This document shows, one piece after another, positions 11,196-21,212 of a stretch of 64,000 nt of DNA. The position numbers and the translations under genes were made by a program. The stretch's first letter is position 1, and each line of letters opens with the position of its first letter. The notes beneath the pieces are model-generated. The model did not search any database. It was given only the letters and a program-made list of their open reading frames with translations, and had not been told where the DNA came from. The DNA is from Minisyncoccota bacterium (GTDB lineage: Bacteria > Patescibacteriota > Minisyncoccia > UBA6257 > GWB1-50-10), in the NCBI GenBank assembly GCA_041659005.1, contig JBAZZD010000003.1:2650-66649 (forward strand), in the 5' to 3' direction.

Positions 11196-11555
11196 ATGAA
11201 TAAAATTTCAAAAGTGGCAGTTGTCGGATTTTCACTCCTTACTCCTGCACTTGTAATGGCACAGGGACCGTTATCATCAGTAGATACTGTTGGTGGATTA
11301 ATTGGAAAGGTAAATAATTTTGTTAAATTGGCCGTTTCAATCCTTTTTGTGCTTGCGTCCATCTTTATTATCATTGCCGCGTTTAAGTATTTGACCGGAA
11401 AAGGAGATCCAGCGGAGATAAAAAAGGCACAAGCCATGATTGTATGGGCAATCGTCGCAATGATTGTAGCACTTTTCGCATGGGCAATTCCTAAAATCGT
11501 CATAAACTTTATCGGAGCAACTGGCGTGAGTACAATAGAGAGTACTTCGTTCTAA
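11196..11555 (+). CDS. VirB2/TrbC-like pilin family protein (paralog 3; ATG at 11196, track ORF starts at TTG 11172)
   Basis: Signal peptide ending VMAQG, two TM helices, loop KGDPAEIKKAQAM. Confidence 0.6.
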   Translation: MNKISKVAVVGFSLLTPALVMAQGPLSSVDTVGGLIGKVNNFVKLAVSILFVLASIFIIIAAFKYLTGKGDPAEIKKAQAMIVWAIVAMIVALFAWAIPKIVINFIGATGVSTIESTSF

Positions 11556-11557
11556 GA

Positions 11558-11596
11558 TAAAAAACACTCCTGTAACCGCGGGGGTGTTTTTTATTG
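11558..11596 (+). terminator. intrinsic terminator after pilin triplet
   Basis: A-run, GC stem acactcc/ggggtgt, T-run. Confidence 0.55.
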
Positions 11597-11737
11597 GAAA
11601 AATTCGACCCTGCTTAACAACGAAAACATGAAATACATCTCCTTGTCATTCTGAGGGAGTAAAATAACCAAAGGATCTCAATAAAAGGACTTAGGGTTTG
11701 AAAAGAATATGATTACACACTAAAGTAAACCATGTTA

Positions 11738-11822
11738 TGCCGAGGTGGCGGAATTGGTATACGCGCACGGCTTAGGACCGTGTGGGGCAACCCATAGGAG
11801 TTCAAGTCTCCTCCTCGGCACC
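11738..11822 (+). tRNA. tRNA-Leu (anticodon TAG), type II with long variable arm, CCA encoded
   Basis: Acceptor GCCGAGG/CCTCGGC, anticodon loop CTTAGGA, variable arm TGGGGCAACCCA, T-loop TTCAAGT. Confidence 0.85.
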
Positions 11823-11825
11823 AGA

Positions 11826-13130
11826 ATGGAAAAAAAAACACATTTTATTCTTTATGGAATATTATTGCTAAGCATACTTCTTCATGCGTGGCGGCTTCCA
11901 ATACCAAGTCACGCCATGTTTGATGAGGTACATTACGCGACATACGCAGCTGATTATAGAACGAATACACCGTTTTTTGATGTACATCCTCCGCTTGGAA
12001 AATTTATCTATTCTATTCCACTCATTTTTTTGTCAAAGGAATCCTTAATAGAGTCACCATTTATTGAGCCTTCCCCAAATACACCAGTCGTATACAAGAT
12101 AACAAATCGTTCATTTTCAAGATTCCCATACATTCCACTCCGAATCACAAGCGCGTTTTTTGGAACCTTGTTGGTTCTTTCTGTATTTTTATTTATACGA
12201 GAGCTTACCAAAAGTAATACCATTGCACTACTTTCAGCATTTTTTGTAACACTAGAAAATTCAATTCTTGTTGAAACACGATTTATTTTTCTTGATGGTA
12301 TTTTTCTAACATTTTCGTTTTTAGCGCTGTGGCAATTTTTAAAACAAAAGGATTCTGGGGTCTACTCAGGAATTCTTTGGGGGTGCACACTTGCAACAAA
12401 GCTTGTTGGAATTATCTTTCTTCCATTTATTTTGTTTCAAAAAGTAGATTGGTGGAAAAAATGGAAATTTGTTACAGTAGGATTCTTTACTCTTGGAACT
12501 CTCTGGATCGGAATTCAATTATCTGCATTCCCAACAGATAAATGGTACGAATTTACAAAAATGGTCAATACTGATGTTGCAGAAACAATTCCGCACATTC
12601 CACAAAAATTATCTCTTGTAGATAAATCCGTGTTAAAAAGTTATCTTTTTTTGAATGAAATTTCTTGGTCCACAAATGGATACACCACAATTCAGGCGCA
12701 CAATCCATCAGAAAGCAAGTGGTTTGAGTGGCCATTTATGATCGGATCATTCTGTTATGGCGAACGCGCATTTCCTATCTGCCTAATTGGAAACCCAGCA
12801 TTGTGGGGATTTGGATTTTTAGCAGTTCTGTGGACAATCCTTTATATAGCAATTAAAAAACTGAGAAAACAAAAAGTAAGCACAATAGTAACATCTCTTT
12901 TTTTGGGATACGCATCCGTTCTCCTTCCTTTCGCAATAATTCCTCGTTATAAATTAATTTGGCAATATTTTCCCGCACTTATATTTTCGTTGTGTTTGGC
13001 TGCGTATTGGATTGTTACATACAACAATACATTAGGAAAAAGATATCGCATATTTTCTTATATACTACTCCTATCAATTGTGTGCCTTGGTTTCCTCTCT
13101 GTTTCTCCTACAACATTTGGAATTCGCTAG
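11826..13130 (+). CDS. GT39/PMT-family glycosyltransferase (dolichyl-phosphate-mannose protein mannosyltransferase / ArnT-like)
   Basis: DEVHY...DVHPPLGK motif near N-terminus, polytopic membrane protein; track ORF start at 11745 is read-through of the tRNA. Confidence 0.7.
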   Translation: MEKKTHFILYGILLLSILLHAWRLPIPSHAMFDEVHYATYAADYRTNTPFFDVHPPLGKFIYSIPLIFLSKESLIESPFIEPSPNTPVVYKITNRSFSRFPYIPLRITSAFFGTLLVLSVFLFIRELTKSNTIALLSAFFVTLENSILVETRFIFLDGIFLTFSFLALWQFLKQKDSGVYSGILWGCTLATKLVGIIFLPFILFQKVDWWKKWKFVTVGFFTLGTLWIGIQLSAFPTDKWYEFTKMVNTDVAETIPHIPQKLSLVDKSVLKSYLFLNEISWSTNGYTTIQAHNPSESKWFEWPFMIGSFCYGERAFPICLIGNPALWGFGFLAVLWTILYIAIKKLRKQKVSTIVTSLFLGYASVLLPFAIIPRYKLIWQYFPALIFSLCLAAYWIVTYNNTLGKRYRIFSYILLLSIVCLGFLSVSPTTFGIR

Positions 13131-14017
13131 GTCTTCTTCCTTTTTCTTCCATGGAATGCCTCATGAACCTCATGAAGCTCTTTATTGGTAAGATGGGTGT
13201 ACATTTGCGTCGTTGAAATGTTTGCATGCCCTAACATTTCTTGAACTGAACGGAGATCGGCTCCGTTTATTAATAGGTCGGTCGCGAATGAATGTCGAAG
13301 CTGATGGGGATGGACCCGTTTTGATATGCCCGCTTTCCGTGCATAAAAATCTACAAGACGTTGCACGGCACGAGGAATAATTCGTCCCGTAACACTTCCT
13401 GATCTTGAAAGTGATATAAATAATGCCTCCTCGGTATCGCCACGTTTATCTAGATACTCTTTTAAATTCTTTTTTGCAGAGTCTGAAATAAATACCACTC
13501 GCAACTTCTCTCCTTTTCCTCGCACTGAAAACTCACCACGACTAATATCAATATATCGACTCAACGAACAAAGTTCAGACACGCGAAGCCCAGTAGAAAA
13601 TAGCATCTCTAAGATTGCTCTGTCACGAAGAATGCGCAAAGATGCTCCTTCGGGAGCATTAAGTAATCGTTCTAGTTCTGCATAATCAAGCACTTCAATA
13701 TCACGCCGTGCGATTTTTGGAAGTTCTATTGTTTCTGGGGGCAATACTTTTATTCCACGTTTAATGCAATATTTCAAAAGATTTCTAATCGCAATAACAT
13801 AATAGCTTTGAGTTACTTTTTTTGTATTTTCACGAGAAAGTTGCACACGGAAACTCCGTACTGAAGTGTCGGTAATATCTGAGATTTTCTTGATCCCTTG
13901 ATCTCGCAAAAATCGAGAAAGATATCGTTCGTAATTTTCTCTTGTTTTAGGTGAACGATTTTTTTCAATTTCTAAATAATCAAGATATTCTTTTACAATT
14001 TTCTCTGCTTCATCCAT
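13127..14017 (-). CDS. tyrosine site-specific recombinase, XerC/XerD family
   Basis: N-terminal SAM-like core-binding domain, C-terminal R..HxxR...Y catalytic residues (RHSFATDLL, HANISTTQMYTHL). Confidence 0.78.
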   Translation of the reverse strand: MDEAEKIVKEYLDYLEIEKNRSPKTRENYERYLSRFLRDQGIKKISDITDTSVRSFRVQLSRENTKKVTQSYYVIAIRNLLKYCIKRGIKVLPPETIELPKIARRDIEVLDYAELERLLNAPEGASLRILRDRAILEMLFSTGLRVSELCSLSRYIDISRGEFSVRGKGEKLRVVFISDSAKKNLKEYLDKRGDTEEALFISLSRSGSVTGRIIPRAVQRLVDFYARKAGISKRVHPHQLRHSFATDLLINGADLRSVQEMLGHANISTTQMYTHLTNKELHEVHEAFHGRKRKKT

Positions 14018-14277
14018 CCCGTTAGAAAACTAGCCAATTATTATTTCGACATTTTTCGTAGATTAATTTTATAAACATATTCTGTGTTAGTTCAAAGACA
14101 TATTTGCTTCTAACGGGACAAGTTGTATATATTATATTCTAACTAAAAATATTGTGCGACAAAACAAGTTGAAAACCGATGTATTTTGTTACTTTTTCCT
14201 ATTCCTAATTTTCAAAAATTAAGCAATAAATGAGTTATATTCCCAATAAGTCGCCCTACCTACCACACAAAGTGAAT

Positions 14278-14331
14278 AAATCCCCACTTTTTAGAGACTA
14301 AACCTCTAAAGTCTCCAAAAAGTGGGGATTT
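14278..14331 (+). promoter_or_regulatory. 21-bp-stem hairpin in rpsO 5' leader (candidate S15 autoregulatory or processing structure)
   Basis: aaatccccactttttagagac / gtctccaaaaagtggggattt near-perfect inverted repeat 50 nt upstream of rpsO ATG. Confidence 0.5.
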
Positions 14332-14380
14332 ATGAATGAAAAATTGACTTATTGTGGCTTTCGTAGTAACATAGCATCAT

Positions 14381-14647
14381 ATGCTTACGAAGAGGAAAAA
14401 GCAGACAGCAATAAAAGATTTTCAGGTACACGATACCGATACCGGTTCAGCAGAAGTACAAATTGGACTTCTTACTAAACAAATTAAAGCACTTGCTGAT
14501 CACCTAAAGAAAAACTCAAAAGATCATCACTCACGGCGTGGACTTCTCATGATGGTAGGAAAGCGACGCAGATTTTTGCAGTATCTTAAGAGAACTGACG
14601 AAAAGAAATATGATAAACTCGCAAAGAAACTCGAACTCGAAGCGTAA
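14381..14647 (+). CDS. rpsO: 30S ribosomal protein S15
   Basis: 88 aa, LLMMVGKRRRFLQYLK C-terminal S15 signature. Confidence 0.92.
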   Translation: MLTKRKKQTAIKDFQVHDTDTGSAEVQIGLLTKQIKALADHLKKNSKDHHSRRGLLMMVGKRRRFLQYLKRTDEKKYDKLAKKLELEA

Positions 14648-15203
14648 TACTAGTACAAACACAGAAAATCCCGTATTCCTACATCAAAGAATCGGGATTT
14701 TTATTGATGCTCAAAATATTTACCACTCAGCAAAACACCTGTATCACTCGCGAGTCAATTTTTCTGAATTAGTAAAGTTTCTTACGGGAAATAGAACACT
14801 CGCTCGTGCAGTTGCCTATGTTGCAAAAAGCGATCCTAATACCGGAGAGGAATCATTTTTTGATGCGCTACGAAAATCAGGATTTGAACTCCGAATGAAA
14901 GATCTTCAGATTTTTTCAGATGGAACAAAAAAAGCAGACTGGGATGTTGGAATGGCAGTTGATGCAATCCGCATGGCTCAATCACTTGATGTAATTATAT
15001 TAGTAACTGGCGACGGAGATTTTATTCCACTTGTTGAATATCTCCAGGTCGGATTAGCGAAACGAGTGGAGGTTGCGGGGTTCTCAAAAACAACTTCAGG
15101 ACAATTAAAAGAGGTAGTAGATAGGGTTATTGAACTTGAAAACATTCCAAAAATTTTACTTTCAATACATGCACGGCAACCGAAACGAAAAATAAAGAAA
15201 TAA
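14610..15203 (+). CDS. NYN-domain (LabA-like) putative ribonuclease
   Basis: GIFIDAQNIY ... DVIILVTGDGDFIPLV NYN/PIN-like motifs; start overlaps rpsO by 38 nt (true start uncertain). Confidence 0.65.
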   Translation: MINSQRNSNSKRNTSTNTENPVFLHQRIGIFIDAQNIYHSAKHLYHSRVNFSELVKFLTGNRTLARAVAYVAKSDPNTGEESFFDALRKSGFELRMKDLQIFSDGTKKADWDVGMAVDAIRMAQSLDVIILVTGDGDFIPLVEYLQVGLAKRVEVAGFSKTTSGQLKEVVDRVIELENIPKILLSIHARQPKRKIKK

Positions 15204-15229
15204 AAGCGATTTATTCGCTTTTATTTTAA
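15203..15229 (+). terminator. intrinsic terminator after NYN gene
   Basis: aaagcga-tttat-tcgcttt then T-run. Confidence 0.5.
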
Positions 15230-15251
15230 CTTTCAAGTATCCTAACATGGT

Positions 15252-17309
15252 ATGAATTTAGAGAAAAAACAGTTTCAAACTACGCTCCAAGGCGCACCCG
15301 TGACGATCGAGGTGTCCCGTCTTGCTGGGCAAGCAAATGCTGCGGTGATCGGTCGCTATGGCGATACCACGGTTCTTGCAACAGTCGTAATGGGAAAAAG
15401 AGATACAACACTTGATTATTTTCCACTCTCAGTTGATTATGAAGAGCGATTTTATGCTGCGGGAAAGATATTAGGAAGTCGTTTTATCCGCAGAGAGGGA
15501 CGACCATCAGACGATGCAATACTTTCTGGGCGACTTATAGACCGAACCATCCGTCCATTATTTAATCCGCGCCTTCGCAGAGAAATTCAAATCACTATTA
15601 CGGTTCTTACATACGACGAAATCCATGACCCGGAAGAAATTGGGCTTCTTTCTGCCTCTACCGCTCTTTTAATTTCTGACATTCCTTGGGATGGTCCAGT
15701 TGCGGGAGTTCGAAGAGAAATAAAAAAAGGAGGCAACGAAAAAACATATACCTCCTTCTTTTCAGGAACAAAAGATTTTATCAACATGGTTGAATTTTCT
15801 GGAAAAGAAATAGATAAGGGAACTCTTAAAACGGTATTTACTGATTCTCACGAGGAAATAAAAAAACTTATTGTATTCCAACAGGAAATTGCGAAAGAAA
15901 TTGCGAAAGAAAAATCAGATGTGCTGATTCCAGAACCAAGCGAGGAAGCAAAAAATATGGTGCGCACATTCCTTCGTGGAAAAATTGAAGAAGCGCTTCG
16001 TTTGCGAAGTGTTGAACAACTAAAAAATGATATGTTTGAACACCTTCATACATTAGAAAATAATGATGAGGCACTCAGATATGGGGAATTTCTTTTTGAG
16101 ACAGAAGTGGATACATTTGTTCACGACTACGCACTGAAAGAAGGGAAGCGCGTAGACGGGAGAGCATTTGATGAAATTCGTGACCTTCTTGCAGACGTGA
16201 AAATTCTTTCGCGCATGCACGGCTCAGGACTTTTCATTCGTGGAGAAACACAGGTGCTCGCCGTTGCAACTCTTGCTTCGCCAGCCCAGGAACAATTGAT
16301 AGAAACAATGGAAGCAACAACGAAGAAACGATTCATGTTGCATTACAATTTTCCAAAATTCTCAACCGGAGAAGTTGGGCGAGCACGCAGCCTAGGACGC
16401 AGAGAAATAGGACATGGTGCGCTTGCCGCAAAAGCCATTGAACAGGTAATTCCATCTAAAGAGGAATTTCCATACACCATCCGTATTGTTGCTGAAACAC
16501 TTTCTTCAAATGGATCATCATCAATGGCATCAACATGTGCCGCAACACTTGCGCTCATGGATGCGGGAGTTCCAATAAAAAAACCAGTTGCGGGGATTGC
16601 AATTGGACTTATGACAGGGGAAAAGGGAGATTACAAAATACTTACCGATATTCAAGGGCCAGAAGATCATTATGGCGATATGGATTTTAAAGTGACTGGA
16701 ACCGATGAAGGTATTACTGCAGTACAAATGGATGTAAAAATCGGTGGTATTAATCCAGAAATTTTTGAAAACGCAATCAACGCGGCAGAAAAAGCGCGAA
16801 CTCAAATTCTTGAAGTAATGAAAAAGGTAATAAGTGCCCCGCGAAAAGAACTTTCTCCATATGCACCACTCATAAAAATGATTTCTATCAATCCAGAGAA
16901 AATTGGAATGATAATTGGTCCAGGTGGAAAAACAATAAATGGAATTATTGCAAAATGTGGAGGAAACATTTCTATTGATATTGACGAAGACGGAACTGTA
17001 TTTGTTTCAGGAAATGATCACGCAGGCGTATTGAAAGGACTTAGTGAGGTAGAATCACTTTCTCACGAGTATAAAATAGGAGAAATTGTTGAAGGTCCGA
17101 TTGTACGCATTCTTGAATTTGGAGCAATTGTTGACCTAGGAGGAGGACGAGATGGAATGATTCATGTTTCTGAACTCAAAGAAGGATTTGTAAAAAAAGT
17201 TGAAGATGTTGTAAAACTTGGTGATAGAATAACTGCAAAAATAATTCGTGCAGAAGAAGGAAAAATTGGTCTTTCAATTAAGGCAATGAAAGATTTACAA
17301 ATAAAATAA
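15252..17309 (+). CDS. pnp: polynucleotide phosphorylase
   Basis: Two RNase PH domains, FMLHYNFP motif, C-terminal KH and S1 domains. Confidence 0.93.
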   Translation: MNLEKKQFQTTLQGAPVTIEVSRLAGQANAAVIGRYGDTTVLATVVMGKRDTTLDYFPLSVDYEERFYAAGKILGSRFIRREGRPSDDAILSGRLIDRTIRPLFNPRLRREIQITITVLTYDEIHDPEEIGLLSASTALLISDIPWDGPVAGVRREIKKGGNEKTYTSFFSGTKDFINMVEFSGKEIDKGTLKTVFTDSHEEIKKLIVFQQEIAKEIAKEKSDVLIPEPSEEAKNMVRTFLRGKIEEALRLRSVEQLKNDMFEHLHTLENNDEALRYGEFLFETEVDTFVHDYALKEGKRVDGRAFDEIRDLLADVKILSRMHGSGLFIRGETQVLAVATLASPAQEQLIETMEATTKKRFMLHYNFPKFSTGEVGRARSLGRREIGHGALAAKAIEQVIPSKEEFPYTIRIVAETLSSNGSSSMASTCAATLALMDAGVPIKKPVAGIAIGLMTGEKGDYKILTDIQGPEDHYGDMDFKVTGTDEGITAVQMDVKIGGINPEIFENAINAAEKARTQILEVMKKVISAPRKELSPYAPLIKMISINPEKIGMIIGPGGKTINGIIAKCGGNISIDIDEDGTVFVSGNDHAGVLKGLSEVESLSHEYKIGEIVEGPIVRILEFGAIVDLGGGRDGMIHVSELKEGFVKKVEDVVKLGDRITAKIIRAEEGKIGLSIKAMKDLQIK

Positions 17310-17322
17310 TGTTTTGCTTCTC

Positions 17323-17357
17323 AATCCCCGCCAGTCGGCGGGGATTGTTTATTTTTG
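17323..17357 (+). terminator. intrinsic terminator after pnp
   Basis: aatccccgcc-agtc-ggcggggatt followed by gtttatttttgg. Confidence 0.7.
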
Positions 17358-17393
17358 GTTGTGGGTTATTGGTTATTTGCTATACTATAAGCA

Positions 17394-18485
17394 ATGGCAG
17401 ACTATCAATTTCCGGGTCAAAATCAATGGTCGGAAAAACCAACAATTGGAACTGGTGAAGGTGAGTCACCGCTCGTGCCCGCGCCGCAAAACGAAATTAC
17501 GATGCGAACTATGGCGTCTGATGCCACATCAATAAAAGAAATGGGGGGCGGCGACCCGCGTCCTTATGTTCCAAACGTTACACCAATTTCACAAACGCAA
17601 CCGGTTCAAAAAGCTCCGGAAATATCAAATCCAGAAATTCAGAAAATAAATTCTCAACAAACCACAGAAATTCCCGTAATTCCAATTTCTCCAAAAAAAG
17701 GTGGGGGCATGTTCATTGTCATTGCCGTCGTCATTATCATTTTAGGATTAGGGGCAATTGGATATTTTTATGTGTATCCTCAATTTATTTCTCAGGGTAA
17801 TACAGAAATAATAACTGAGACTCCGCAGACAAATGAGCCAATAGTACCAGCGGTAATAGAAACAACAACCGAAACAACTTCTACCACATCAACCGTGCCG
17901 GCCATTGAGACTCCTCCAGCCACAGGACTTGTTGGAAGTCATGCCTCTCTGTTCAAAACACCAGCAGATTTTTCTTCAGAAACAACACTTTCGTCAGAAA
18001 CTGTAGCCGCAATAAAAGAAGCGTGGAAGGGAACAACAGTGGAGGTTCCAGTATTCAAAGAAACCGTATTTAAAAATACTACTGGGGCAATTATTGGAGA
18101 ATCAAAACTTATTCCTTTGTTTCTTCCTTCATTTATTACTGCCTCGTCTTCGCTATTATTTGAAGAAGATTTCACGCTGTTTACCTACACCGACCAAAAA
18201 GATGTGTGGCCAGGAATAATTCTTAAAGCCAAAAAGGATTCACTTGTATCAGCAAAAGAGGAATCAAAAAAAATTGAGTCAAATCTAGATTGGCGCTCGT
18301 TATTCATGCTTGACCCAGGAAAAGAACAAACGTGGAAAGATGGCAAGGTGAGTACGACTCCCGCACGCTATATCTCATTTGCAACGAAAGGAAACTCGCT
18401 TAGTTATACGTGGTTTGATGATATACTTCTTATAAGCACAAACTACCAAGGAGCACAGGACGCAGCAAAGAAACTTGGTTTCTAA
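17394..18485 (+). CDS. hypothetical Pro/Thr-rich membrane-anchored protein
   Basis: Central TM MFIVIAVVIIILGLGAIGYFYV, low-complexity Thr-rich region. Confidence 0.4.
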   Translation: MADYQFPGQNQWSEKPTIGTGEGESPLVPAPQNEITMRTMASDATSIKEMGGGDPRPYVPNVTPISQTQPVQKAPEISNPEIQKINSQQTTEIPVIPISPKKGGGMFIVIAVVIIILGLGAIGYFYVYPQFISQGNTEIITETPQTNEPIVPAVIETTTETTSTTSTVPAIETPPATGLVGSHASLFKTPADFSSETTLSSETVAAIKEAWKGTTVEVPVFKETVFKNTTGAIIGESKLIPLFLPSFITASSSLLFEEDFTLFTYTDQKDVWPGIILKAKKDSLVSAKEESKKIESNLDWRSLFMLDPGKEQTWKDGKVSTTPARYISFATKGNSLSYTWFDDILLISTNYQGAQDAAKKLGF

Positions 18486-18502
18486 CACGAACATATACGA
18501 GT

Positions 18503-19246
18503 ATGCGCAACGCGCAAAAAGAATGGAATCAAATTGCCGCGGAATACGATAAAAAAATCGTACGCGGTGATTTTTTTAGAAAAACAATTCTTGATCCAGC
18601 CCTTATTGGTGAAATGGGTGACGTAAATACACAAAAAATCCTTGATGCTGGTTGCGGGCAGGGATACTTTTCAAAGGTACTTTCTGATCTTGGGGCGCAC
18701 GTAGTCGGAATTGATGTTTCTGATTCGCTTATTACAATAGCGAACGATAGATATAAATCTTCCAACACACTTTCATTTCGTGAGTGTGATATGAATAAAT
18801 CACTTCCTTTCATTGACGACTATTTTGATGCCATCCTCTCAAACATGACGTTTATGGACATTGAGCATCCAGACGTTGCACTCAAAGAATTTGTGCGTGT
18901 AGGGAAAAATGGTGGAAGTATTATTGTCTCGATTCTCCATCCTATATTTACCAGTGGGAAAATATATACTCCTTTTATAGAATATATAAAAAGAAGAGAA
19001 TCATCATTTTTAATAAAACAATATAAAAAGCAGAGATCACTTGAATGGAATATACCTGGAACCACACACGCGACCACTACATTTCATCGTCCATTAGAAT
19101 ATTATATAAATCTCTTTTCTAAAAACATAACGCTCTCACATATGCACGAATTGACACTTCCCAATACACATAAAGAAAATGGTTTTTATAAAATGTTGCA
19201 TACAATTCCAATGTTCTTAATTCTTAAGGGGACTATCAACAAATAG
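18503..19246 (+). CDS. class I SAM-dependent methyltransferase
   Basis: ILDAGCGQGYFS motif I and downstream motifs. Confidence 0.7.
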   Translation: MRNAQKEWNQIAAEYDKKIVRGDFFRKTILDPALIGEMGDVNTQKILDAGCGQGYFSKVLSDLGAHVVGIDVSDSLITIANDRYKSSNTLSFRECDMNKSLPFIDDYFDAILSNMTFMDIEHPDVALKEFVRVGKNGGSIIVSILHPIFTSGKIYTPFIEYIKRRESSFLIKQYKKQRSLEWNIPGTTHATTTFHRPLEYYINLFSKNITLSHMHELTLPNTHKENGFYKMLHTIPMFLILKGTINK

Positions 19247-19286
19247 TGCATTTGCATTTGGGCGAGATACAAAGTATTTTAAATAT

Positions 19287-19628
19287 ATGAGTTTTTCAAA
19301 AGAACAAACAGAGGAGCTTAAAATAAAACTTCTCGAAGAAAAAAAGAGAATTCTTTCACACTTAAAAAGTGCAAAAAAGAGTTCTGGTTTTGGTGGGGGA
19401 GCCGAAGACCCTGAGGACGAGGCAGATGAGACAGAAGAGTTTGCAAATTATCTTGGCGTTGAACAGATTGAAGAAAATTCAATCCACGAAATTGACGTTG
19501 CGCTCGACAAAATGACTGATGGATCATACGGAATATGCGAACAGTGCGACCAAGACATTTCTTATGAATTACTTTCTATTCAACCAGAATCAAAGTTGTG
19601 TAAACAATGCAAACTTGCCGGAAAATAA
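19287..19628 (+). CDS. DksA/TraR-family C4-type zinc-finger protein
   Basis: CEQCDQ...CKQC four-Cys finger at C-terminus, acidic coiled-coil N-terminus. Confidence 0.65.
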   Translation: MSFSKEQTEELKIKLLEEKKRILSHLKSAKKSSGFGGGAEDPEDEADETEEFANYLGVEQIEENSIHEIDVALDKMTDGSYGICEQCDQDISYELLSIQPESKLCKQCKLAGK

Positions 19629-19631
19629 CTT

Positions 19632-21158
19632 ATGAGTGTTCCAAAGATTTTCTCTGCAGAACTCGAGGGAATTGACGCGGAACTTGTTGAGGTTGAGGCC
19701 GACTTACATGTCGGTCTCCATTCATTTAATATTGTCGGATTAGCAGATAAGGCGGTCTCAGAAGCAAAGGAACGAGTTGACTCAGCTTTAAAAAATTCAG
19801 GAATAAAACCTCCATCTAAAGAAAATAGAAAAATAACGATAAATCTCGCTCCCGCAGATACAAAAAAGGCTGGATCCCGTTTTGACCTCGCAATTGCACT
19901 TGCATATCTACTCGCAAGTGAACAGGTAAAACCATTTAATACAACAAAATCACTTTTTATTGGAGAATTATCACTTGATGGAACATTACGTCCTATTTCT
20001 GGCGCTTTAAATGTTGCACTTCTCACAAAACGGATTGGACTCACCTCATTATTTCTTCCGGCACAATGCGCAGAAGAAGCTGCTATTGTCGATGGAATTA
20101 CCATTTATCCAGTAAAAACGCTCTCTGAGCTTATTGAGCACATTGAAACAAGAAAACGAATACAATCACTAAAACATACTGCGGTTACCCAAGCCTATCC
20201 GCAAACAACAACAATGAGTGAAGTGCGCGGGCAAGAAGGGGCGAAACGTGCATTAACCATAGCAGCAGCTGGAGGACATAATGTACTTATGAGTGGCACG
20301 CCTGGAACGGGAAAAACGATGCTTGCAAACGCATTACAAAGCATACTTCCACTTCCATCACTAAAAGAACAGATTGAAATTACTAGTATTTGGAGTTCTG
20401 CTGGACTTACTCAGAGTCGCTCATATATTAAGAACCGCCCGTTTCGCGCCCCACATCACGGAGCGTCACCATCAGCAATTTTGGGAGGAGGAACAAATCC
20501 GCGAGCGGGAGAAATTAGTTTAGCCCATCGTGGCGTTCTGTTCCTTGATGAACTTCCAGAATTTCGTCGCGATGTATTAGAAGGACTTCGCCAACCACTT
20601 GAAGAGGGGAGAATATGTGTTGCTCGCGCGAAAAAGGCGCTTTCGTTTCCCGCACGATTTATACTTATTGGCGCGATGAATCCATGTCCATGTGGATATT
20701 TTGAATCAAACGAAAAAGAGTGTACGTGCACCGCGCATGATGTATTACGGTATCGTAAAAAACTTTCAGGACCTCTTCTTGATCGGTTTGATATTCACAT
20801 AACAGTTCCGCGCGTCCCCATTGAAGAGTTGCGGAGACCTCGAGAAGAGAATGACGATACACAATTTCGCTCATGTGTTGCTCGCGCACGAGAAATTCAA
20901 CAAAAACGATTTGAAAAGTCAGATCTTCCAATACACACAAATTCTGAAATGCGCTCAAAAGATACGGAATTATTCGCAAATCTTTCTGACGATGCTGAAT
21001 TATTTCTAAAAAAGATTCTCGAAAGAAATATCCTTTCCACTCGTGGATATTATAGGATACTTAAGGTTGCAAGAACTGTCGCCGACATTGAATCATCAGA
21101 AGAGATAAAAAAAGAACACCTTGCTGAGGCGTTCCAATATAGAATACAAAGTGACTAA
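19632..21158 (+). CDS. comM: YifB/ComM-family Mg-chelatase-like AAA+ ATPase
   Basis: N-terminal Lon-like domain, Walker A GTPGTGKT, ChlI-type sensor regions, C-terminal ComM domain. Confidence 0.85.
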   Translation: MSVPKIFSAELEGIDAELVEVEADLHVGLHSFNIVGLADKAVSEAKERVDSALKNSGIKPPSKENRKITINLAPADTKKAGSRFDLAIALAYLLASEQVKPFNTTKSLFIGELSLDGTLRPISGALNVALLTKRIGLTSLFLPAQCAEEAAIVDGITIYPVKTLSELIEHIETRKRIQSLKHTAVTQAYPQTTTMSEVRGQEGAKRALTIAAAGGHNVLMSGTPGTGKTMLANALQSILPLPSLKEQIEITSIWSSAGLTQSRSYIKNRPFRAPHHGASPSAILGGGTNPRAGEISLAHRGVLFLDELPEFRRDVLEGLRQPLEEGRICVARAKKALSFPARFILIGAMNPCPCGYFESNEKECTCTAHDVLRYRKKLSGPLLDRFDIHITVPRVPIEELRRPREENDDTQFRSCVARAREIQQKRFEKSDLPIHTNSEMRSKDTELFANLSDDAELFLKKILERNILSTRGYYRILKVARTVADIESSEEIKKEHLAEAFQYRIQSD

Positions 21159-21212
21159 ATCCCGTTAGAGATAATATAATTGAAAAATATTTCTAACAAG
21201 CCCAAATAAAAA

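Noticed and set aside
11745-11825. 5' extension of the glycosyltransferase ORF (MAELVYAHGLGPCG...)
   Set aside because: This stretch is the tRNA-Leu gene translated in frame; the real CDS starts at the MEKK methionine just after the tRNA.
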